In this document: positions 1-4,863 of the stretch, piece after piece
Layout of the letters: each line of letters opens with the position of its first letter
Numbering within the stretch: position 1 is the stretch's first letter
Origin: a virus
Taxonomy: Duplodnaviria > Heunggongvirae > Uroviricota > Caudoviricetes
DNA: 4,863 nucleotides
IMG/VR virus record: IMGVR_UViG_3300031577_000084
Reading direction: 5' to 3' (one strand)
The notes under the pieces: generated by a model
What the model was told of the DNA's origin: nothing
What the model saw: only the letters and a program-made list of their open reading frames with translations
The model's database searches: none
Made by a program: the position numbers and the translations under genes

Positions 1-617
1 GCGACGGCATGACCGAAGGTGTGTTTATGCTGCCTAAGCTGAAAACGGATGACATGAAAACGGGTAATAAGGTCTATCTGAAGTCCGGAAAAGTTCAGCT
101 GACTAACAGCGGCTCTGATCCGCTGGCCTGGCGTCCGGGTGACAGCGGGCAGAAAAAACTGGTTCAGTTGTTCGACTCCGGTGAAGTCTGCGCGTTTCGT
201 ATCAAATATCCCTACGGCACTGTTGATGTTTTCCGTGGCTGGCTGAGTTCACTGGGTAAAACCATTGCCTCAAAAGACGTGATGACCCGCACTGTGAAAA
301 TCAGCGGTGTGGGGCGTCCGTATCTGGCAGAGGAAGGCACTGAAACCGTGGGTGTTACCGGGCTGACGGTGGCACCGGCATCTGCCAGTGTAAAAGTGGG
401 AGCAACCACCACACTGACCTTTACGGTAAAACCTGACGGAGCCAGTGACAAAACGATCAGTGCGTATTCGTCAGATCCACAGACTGCCACGGTGACCCTG
501 AACGGGCTTGTCGCTACGGTGAAAGGTGTGAAGCAGGGTAATGTCAGCATTGTGGGCATTACATCTGACGGTGATTTTGTGGCAGTGGCTACGGTGGCCG
601 TCAGCGCCGCAGGTTAA
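1..617 (+). CDS. V: Major tail (tube) protein, gpV-like; 5'-partial (N-terminus lies upstream of the window), reading frame begins at nt 3
   Basis: Frame is open from the window edge to TAA at 615-617; the ATG at 9 is internal, not the true start. The translation contains a ...GTVDVFRGW.SS.GK...TRTVK...VGRP... core that I recall as closely matching lambda gpV, followed by a Thr/Val/Ala-rich C-terminal Ig-like segment. It sits immediately upstream of the G/T/H genes, as in lambda. Confidence 0.9.
   Translation, partial: DGMTEGVFMLPKLKTDDMKTGNKVYLKSGKVQLTNSGSDPLAWRPGDSGQKKLVQLFDSGEVCAFRIKYPYGTVDVFRGWLSSLGKTIASKDVMTRTVKISGVGRPYLAEEGTETVGVTGLTVAPASASVKVGATTTLTFTVKPDGASDKTISAYSSDPQTATVTLNGLVATVKGVKQGNVSIVGITSDGDFVAVATVAVSAAG
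354..614 (+). other. C-terminal Ig-like (Big_2-type) domain of the major tail protein
   Basis: The last ~87 aa (VTGLTVAPASASVKVGATTTLTFTVKPDGASDKTISAYSSDPQTATVTLNGLVATVKGVKQGNVSIVGITSDGDFVAVATVAVSAAG) show the alternating beta-strand pattern and T/V/S/A richness of bacterial Ig-like domains. Lambda gpV carries an equivalent C-terminal domain. Domain boundaries are approximate. Confidence 0.6.
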
Positions 618-637
618 CAGGACGATACTCATCATTT

Positions 638-661
638 GCCCCGGTCATCCGGGGCTTTTTG
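638..661 (+). terminator. Rho-independent terminator-like hairpin between V and G
   Basis: A perfect 7-bp GC-rich inverted repeat, gccccgg (638-644) / ccggggc (649-655), flanks a 4-nt loop (tcat) and is followed directly by TTTTT (656-660). It starts 21 nt after the V stop codon. Confidence 0.6.
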
Positions 662-673
662 CAGGTGGAGAAT

Positions 674-1063
674 ATGATTTTTCTGAAACAGGACACGTTT
701 AATTATGAAAAACAGTCCGTGGTGCTCAGTGAGCTGTCCGGGCTACAGAGAATTGAATATCTGGCGTTTCTTCAGCAGCGAACAGCAAAGTTTGATGCCG
801 GGGAGGGAGAACTGCCGGAGGCTGAACGACGGATTGCTTTTCTGCGTATGGGGATGGATATCAATGCCTGGCTGGTTTCCCGCTCACTGTGGAATGCGGA
901 ACAGTCTCAGGATGTTGAGACGCTTTACGCATCCGTTATTACAACATGGTCGTATGATGCACTGGGAGCGGGGGCGGAGATGGTACTGTCGCTGAGCGGT
1001 ATGGGAGCCATTGAGAATGCCGGGGATTTTGAGCATGAGGCGCTGACGCCGGAAAAGTCCTGA
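674..1063 (+). CDS. G: Tail assembly chaperone, gpG-like
   Basis: ATG at 674 is preceded by the purine-rich aggtggagaat; the TTG at 659 in the ORF track lies inside the terminator T-tract and is unlikely to be the start. Stop is TGA at 1061-1063. The product is ~129 aa and acidic, in the position directly after V and before the tape measure gene. A -1 frame extension overlaps its last codons, which is the hallmark G/GT arrangement. Confidence 0.85.
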   Translation: MIFLKQDTFNYEKQSVVLSELSGLQRIEYLAFLQQRTAKFDAGEGELPEAERRIAFLRMGMDINAWLVSRSLWNAEQSQDVETLYASVITTWSYDALGAGAEMVLSLSGMGAIENAGDFEHEALTPEKS

Positions 1064-1401
1064 CGCGGGAAATGCAGTTTGTCATGCGTCTTGCCCGGGA
1101 GTTCCGGCGGGCAGACTGGCGGCGGATGCTGTCGGAAATGTCGGCCACTGAGCTTGGTGAGTGGGGCGATTATTTCCGGATGCAGAGCTTCAGTGATGTG
1201 TGGATGGATGCGCAGTTTGCCTCGCTGAAGGCATTGATCGTGAGAATGGTGTCCGGCAGCAGTGATGCTGAGGTGACTGATTTCAGCCTTTTACCGGAAG
1301 AGAACGGGATACCGGAGCGAACTGACGAAGAACTGATGCATCTTGGAGAAGGTATTTCCGGAGGTGTGCGTTATGGACCAGATAGCCAACCTGGTCATTG
1401 A
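674..1401 (+). CDS. T: Tail assembly chaperone fusion gpGT-like, produced by -1 frameshift; approximately join(674..1057,1057..1401)
   Basis: The -1 frame is open from 1039 to TGA at 1399-1401 and encodes ...VLTREMQFVMRLAREFRRADWRRM...GISGGVRYGPDSQPGH. The in-window ATG at 1072 lacks a convincing independent RBS and lies 8 nt after the G stop. This layout matches the conserved G/GT frameshift arrangement upstream of tape measure genes in long-tailed phages. Predicted fusion is ~242 aa. Confidence 0.7.
1051..1057 (+). promoter_or_regulatory. Putative -1 programmed ribosomal frameshift (slippery) site, G GAA AAG
   Basis: The T frame is closed by TGA at 1036-1038 and the G frame ends at TGA 1061-1063, so any G-to-T shift must occur within 1039-1060. 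The only slippery-looking sequence there is g-gaa-aag (1051-1057), one base different from the lambda G GGA AAG heptamer as I recall it. The A-site AAG to AAA re-pairing is the classic lysine slip. Confidence 0.6.
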
Positions 1402-4400
1402 TTTGGGGATTGATGCGGCAGAGTTTAAAAATGAAATTCCCCGTATCAAAAACCTTCTGAATGGTGCAGCCAGCGATGCAGAACGGTCTTCTGCCCGTAT
1501 GCAGCGTTTTATGGAGCGTCAGACTCAGGCCGCCCGGCAGACAATGCAGGCGGCTTCTTCGGCTGCAACAGCCGCATCCGTCCATGCGCAGACGGTGGAG
1601 AAGAGCGCACAGGCTCATGAACGCATGGCCCGCGAGGTGGAGCAAACCCGCCAGCGCATGGAGGCGCTGAGCCAGAAAATGCGCGAGGAACAGGCGCAGG
1701 CCATGGCTCTGGCGGAGGCTCAGGATAAAGCGGCTGCCGCGTTTTATCGTCAGATTGACAGTGTGAAACAGGCCAGTGCGGGTCTGCAGGAATTACAGCG
1801 TATTCAGCAGCAGATCCGACAGGCCAGAAACAGTGGCGGGATTGGTCAGCAGGATTATCTGGCGCTGATTTCTGAGGTTACGGCGAAAACCCGTGTTCTT
1901 ACACAGGCTGAGGAAGAGGCTACCCGACAGAAAGTGGCGTTTATCCGTCAGCTTAAAGAGCAGGCAACCCGCCAGAATCTTTCATCTTCTGAGTTGCTTC
2001 GTGCTAAGGCTGCCCAGCTGGGGGTAAGCAGTGCTGCAGAAGTGTATATCCGCAAAATGGAGCAGGCAGGAAAAGCCACGCATTCGCTGGGTCTGAAAAG
2101 TGCAGCGGCTCGCCAGGAGATAGGCGTTCTGATAGGTGAACTGGCCCGCGGCAATTTAGGGGCGCTGAGGGGATCCGGGATAACGCTTGCTAACCGTGCC
2201 GGATGGATAGACACACTGATGTCACCGAAAGGCATGATGCTGGGTGGGGTTATTGGCGGTATTGCTGCGGCCGTCTATGGTCTGGGTAAAGCCTGGTATG
2301 ACGGTCAGAAGGAGGGGGAAGAATTTAACCGCCAGCTGTCGCTGACGGGGCATTATGCCGGAGTTACTGCCGGGCAGCTGTGGACGCTCAGTCGTGCTAT
2401 TTCCGGGAATGGTATCACGCAACATGCTGCAGCCGGTGCGCTGGCTCAGGTGGTGGGTAGTGGTGCATTTCGTGGAAACGATATCGGTATGGTGGCGAGA
2501 TCTGCCGCACAGATGGAACGATCGGTTGGCCAGTCGGTCAGCGATACCATAAATCAGTTTAAGCGGCTGAAGGATGATCCTGTAAATGCCGCGAAGGCTC
2601 TGGACAATGAGCTGCATTTTCTTACTGCCACTCAGCTTGAGCAGATACGCGTCCTTGGGGAGCAGGGACGGTCCAGTGATGCTGCACGGATAGCCATGTC
2701 TGCACTGGCAGAGGAAACCGGTCGGCGTACTGCGGATATTGATAATAACCTCAATGCGCTTGGCAGTACGCTGAAGTATCTGTCTGATTTGTGGAGTCGT
2801 TTCTGGGATGCGGCCATGAATATTGGTCGTGAAGACTCGCTGGATGAACAGATTGCCACTTTACAGGAGAAAGTGTCGCGGGCGAAAAGGCTCCCCTGGA
2901 CGGCATCATCTTCTCAGGTTGAATACGATCAGCAGCGTCTTAACGATCTTCAGGAGAAAAAACGCCAGAAGGATTTACAGGATGCAAAAGAGCAGGCAGA
3001 GCGGAATTATCAGGAGCAACAAAAACGCCGGAATGCTGAAAATGCTGCGCTGAACCGGATGAATGAAACGGAAGCAGCACGACATCAGCGTGAAATTGCG
3101 CGTATTAATGCCATGCAGTACGCCGACCAGGCTGTCAGGGAGGCGGCGATACAACGTGAAAATGAACGTTACGAGAAAGCCCTGGCATCCGGTAAGAAAA
3201 AAACACGCGACCCCCGTAATGATGAGGCCACCCGGTTATTGCTGCAGTACAGTCAGCAACAGGCACAGGTGGAAGGGCAGATTGCTGCTGCCAGACAGTC
3301 AGCAGGCATTGCCGCTGAAAAGATGACAGAAGCGCATAAACAGCTTCTGGCTCTGCAGCAGCGCATCAGCGACCTGGACGGGAAAAAACTGACGGCAGAT
3401 GAAAAGAGTGTGCTGGCCCGTAAAGATGAACTGATTCAGGCACTGACGCTGCTGGATGTAAAACAGCAGGAGCTTCAGAAACAGACGGCACTCAACGAGC
3501 TGAAGATAAAAACAACTCAGCTGACCAGTCAACTGGCTGAAGAAGAGCGCGCTCAGCGTCAACAACATAATCTGGATATCGCCACGGTGGGTATGGGTGA
3601 TCAGCTGCGGCAGCGATATCAGGTACAACTGAGTCTTCGCCAGAAATACCAGCAACAGCTGGAGCAGTTGAGGCGGGATAGTGAGCAGAAAGGGACATAT
3701 AACACGGATGACTACAGAAAGGCCGAGCAGGCGCTGACGGAGAGCCTGAACCGACAACTGAATGAGAATCGCCGTTACTGGCAACAGCTTGAAGTTGTGC
3801 AGGGTAACTGGAAAAACGGAGTCCTGCGTGCATTTCAGGATTTTACCGTGGATGCAGATAATACGGCAGGAACAGCAGAACAGGTGTTCTCGTCAGCCTT
3901 CAGCAACATGGGAAATGGCCTGGCAACTTTTGTCACTACCGGCAAACTCAATTTCAAATCCTTCACCTCTTCTGTGCTGTCAGATATGGCGAAAATCCTG
4001 GCGCAGGCAACCATGATGAAATCGATAAAAGGGATTGGCAGTGTACTGGGATTTGATCTCAGCAGCCTTTCCCTGAATGCCAATGGGGGGATTTATCAGT
4101 CTGCTGATTTGAGTCGCTACAGTGGCTCGGTGGTTAACCGTCCGACGTTTTTTGCTTTTGCAAAAGGCGCGGGTGTGATGGGGGAAGCTGGACCTGAAGC
4201 CATTTTGCCACTGCGTCGTGGTGCTGACGGTAAGCTTGGGGTTGTGGCGGATATTGGTGGTTCAGGTATGGCGATGTTTGCCCCGCAGTACAACATCGAG
4301 ATCAATAACGACGGCACGAATGGGCAGATAGGTCCAGCTGCCCTGAAGGTGGTTTATGACCTTGGGAAAAAAGCGGCAGCGGACTTTATGCAACAGCAGG

Positions 4401-4438
4401 CCCGTGATGGTGGTCGGTTAAGTGGAGCATATCGGTAA
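1373..4438 (+). CDS. H: Tail tape measure protein, gpH-like (1021 aa)
   Basis: ATG at 1373 is preceded by GGAGG (1360-1364) with an 8-nt spacer; the TTG at 1343 in the ORF track is probably not used. Stop is TAA at 4436-4438. The N-terminus (MDQIANLVIDLGIDAAEF...) and the C-terminus (...INNDGTNGQIGPAALKVVYDLGKK...DGG...) closely match lambda gpH as I recall it. It has long Q/R/E/A-rich coiled-coil stretches, a hydrophobic Gly/Ala-rich segment (~2231-2295, GMMLGGVIGGIAAAVYGLG) and a conserved ...AGPEAILPL... motif near the C-terminus. It overlaps the T stop by 29 nt in another frame. Confidence 0.95.
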   Translation: MDQIANLVIDLGIDAAEFKNEIPRIKNLLNGAASDAERSSARMQRFMERQTQAARQTMQAASSAATAASVHAQTVEKSAQAHERMAREVEQTRQRMEALSQKMREEQAQAMALAEAQDKAAAAFYRQIDSVKQASAGLQELQRIQQQIRQARNSGGIGQQDYLALISEVTAKTRVLTQAEEEATRQKVAFIRQLKEQATRQNLSSSELLRAKAAQLGVSSAAEVYIRKMEQAGKATHSLGLKSAAARQEIGVLIGELARGNLGALRGSGITLANRAGWIDTLMSPKGMMLGGVIGGIAAAVYGLGKAWYDGQKEGEEFNRQLSLTGHYAGVTAGQLWTLSRAISGNGITQHAAAGALAQVVGSGAFRGNDIGMVARSAAQMERSVGQSVSDTINQFKRLKDDPVNAAKALDNELHFLTATQLEQIRVLGEQGRSSDAARIAMSALAEETGRRTADIDNNLNALGSTLKYLSDLWSRFWDAAMNIGREDSLDEQIATLQEKVSRAKRLPWTASSSQVEYDQQRLNDLQEKKRQKDLQDAKEQAERNYQEQQKRRNAENAALNRMNETEAARHQREIARINAMQYADQAVREAAIQRENERYEKALASGKKKTRDPRNDEATRLLLQYSQQQAQVEGQIAAARQSAGIAAEKMTEAHKQLLALQQRISDLDGKKLTADEKSVLARKDELIQALTLLDVKQQELQKQTALNELKIKTTQLTSQLAEEERAQRQQHNLDIATVGMGDQLRQRYQVQLSLRQKYQQQLEQLRRDSEQKGTYNTDDYRKAEQALTESLNRQLNENRRYWQQLEVVQGNWKNGVLRAFQDFTVDADNTAGTAEQVFSSAFSNMGNGLATFVTTGKLNFKSFTSSVLSDMAKILAQATMMKSIKGIGSVLGFDLSSLSLNANGGIYQSADLSRYSGSVVNRPTFFAFAKGAGVMGEAGPEAILPLRRGADGKLGVVADIGGSGMAMFAPQYNIEINNDGTNGQIGPAALKVVYDLGKKAAADFMQQQARDGGRLSGAYR

Positions 4439-4767
4439 TGGAGACGTTTCACTGGAAAGTGCGCCCGGATATGAACGTGGTATCAGAGCCAAAAGTGGTG
4501 ACAGTGAAGCTGGGCGATGGTTATGAACAGCGTCGTGCGGCGGGACTGAATAACCAGCTGTCGACTTACAGCGTGACGATACGTGTTCGTAAATGTGAAC
4601 ACCCATCTTTAAAAGCCTTTCTGGAACGGCACGGTGGCGTCCGCGCATTTCAGTGGACGCCGCCTTATGACTGGAAACCGATCAGGGTGGTTTGTCGTAA
4701 ATGGTCGGCAAGCGTGGGGGCGCTGTGGGTAACCATAACGGCAGATTTTGAACAGGTCGTGGTATAG
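4438..4767 (+). CDS. M: Minor tail protein M, gpM-like (109 aa)
   Basis: ATG at 4438-4440 overlaps the H stop codon (TAATG). The translation (METFHWKVRPDM...KLGDGYEQRRAAGLN...TYSVT...FLERHGG...WTPPYDWKPIRVVCRKWS...ADFEQVV) is near-collinear with lambda gpM as I recall it. Stop is TAG at 4765-4767. Confidence 0.95.
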   Translation: METFHWKVRPDMNVVSEPKVVTVKLGDGYEQRRAAGLNNQLSTYSVTIRVRKCEHPSLKAFLERHGGVRAFQWTPPYDWKPIRVVCRKWSASVGALWVTITADFEQVVV

Positions 4768-4775
4768 GAGATCTG

Positions 4776-4863
4776 ATGCAGGATATTCCACAGGAAACAC
4801 ATCATGAGACGACACGCCTCACTCAGTCAGCCCAGGTGGTGCTCTGGGAAATCGATCTGACAG
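4776..4863 (+). CDS. L: Minor tail protein L, gpL-like; 3'-partial (continues beyond the window)
   Basis: ATG at 4776 is preceded by AGGAG (4766-4770) with a 5-nt spacer. The translation MQDIPQETHHETTRLTQSAQVVLWEIDLT matches the lambda gpL N-terminus (MQDI.QET...VVLWEIDLT) as I recall it. It is absent from the supplied ORF track because no stop codon falls inside the window. Confidence 0.85.
   Translation, partial: MQDIPQETHHETTRLTQSAQVVLWEIDLT

Noticed and set aside
212-559. 115-aa minus-strand ORF antisense to the major tail protein gene
   Set aside because: It lies entirely within a strongly conserved + strand coding region, and its Thr/Val/Pro-rich composition mirrors the sense-strand Ig-like domain. 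It is a shadow ORF.
659-673. TTG-initiated 5' extension of the G ORF (MQVEN...) as listed in the ORF track
   Set aside because: The TTG sits inside the terminator T-tract with no RBS, whereas the ATG at 674 has a purine-rich Shine-Dalgarno-like sequence just upstream. The extension is most likely an artefact of stop-to-stop ORF calling.
705-995. 96-aa + strand ORF in an alternative frame inside G (Cys/Trp/Arg-rich)
   Set aside because: It is fully embedded in the conserved chaperone gene on the same strand, has an odd Cys/Trp/Arg-rich composition and no RBS. It looks like an overlapping-frame shadow ORF.
939-1148. 69-aa minus-strand ORF antisense to the G/T junction
   Set aside because: It is antisense to the conserved chaperone genes, has an Arg/Ser/Pro-rich low-complexity translation, and has no plausible promoter or RBS context.
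1343-1372. TTG-initiated 5' extension of the tape measure ORF (MEKVFPEVCV...)
   Set aside because: The ATG at 1373 has a near-consensus GGAGG 8 nt upstream, and the product then begins MDQIANLVIDLG..., which aligns with the lambda gpH N-terminus. The extension would be translated from inside the RBS.
1480-3780. Possible tandem DNA repeats or a CRISPR-like array within the Q/R/A/E-rich part of the tape measure gene
   Set aside because: The repetitiveness is at the amino-acid composition level (coiled-coil heptads encoded by recurring cag/cgc/gcg/gaa codons). I see no regularly spaced direct nucleotide repeats with unique spacers.
1283-4083. Multiple minus-strand and alternate-frame ORFs inside the tape measure gene (e.g. 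1283-1645 -, 1461-1670 +, 1948-2235 -, 2222-2617 -, 2632-2859 -, 3299-3784 -, 3492-3833 -, 3835-4083 -, plus short + strand out-of-frame ORFs)
   Set aside because: The tape measure frame is continuous and homologous to lambda gpH along its whole length. The embedded ORFs have biased, low-complexity compositions (Leu/Gln/Arg/Ser-rich) that follow from the antisense of a Q/A/E/R-rich coiled-coil gene. None has convincing start signals.
4117-4815. Minus-strand ORFs 4117-4317, 4418-4648 and 4609-4815 antisense to the H C-terminus, M and the L start
   Set aside because: They overlap strongly conserved M and L coding sequence on the opposite strand. They are shadow ORFs.
1-4863. Defence system, toxin-antitoxin pair or other accessory (moron) cargo
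   Set aside because: Every substantial ORF on the coding strand is accounted for by the collinear V-G-T-H-M-L tail module with minimal intergenic space. There is no candidate gene without a structural-module explanation, so proposing a novel system would be unsupported.

Overview
This window is a contiguous, same-strand block of a lambda-like (siphovirus) tail-assembly module, almost certainly from a prophage or phage of an enterobacterial host. The gene order matches phage lambda V-G-T-H-M-L: the 3' part of the major tail protein gene (Ig-like C-terminal domain), a hairpin terminator, the tail assembly chaperone G with its -1 frameshift extension (G-T), a 1021-aa tape measure protein, minor tail protein M, and the 5' start of minor tail protein L. 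Identifications rest on my recollection of the lambda gpV, gpH, gpM and gpL protein sequences and on gene order, not on any database search. I do not see a defence system, toxin, moron or other cargo gene; coding density is near 100% on the + strand and every minus-strand ORF looks like a shadow ORF. The points worth a second look are a variant slippery site for the G-T frameshift, an N-terminal coiled-coil expansion of about 170 aa in the tape measure protein, and the hairpin between V and G. The sequence does not support a claim of a previously undescribed system.
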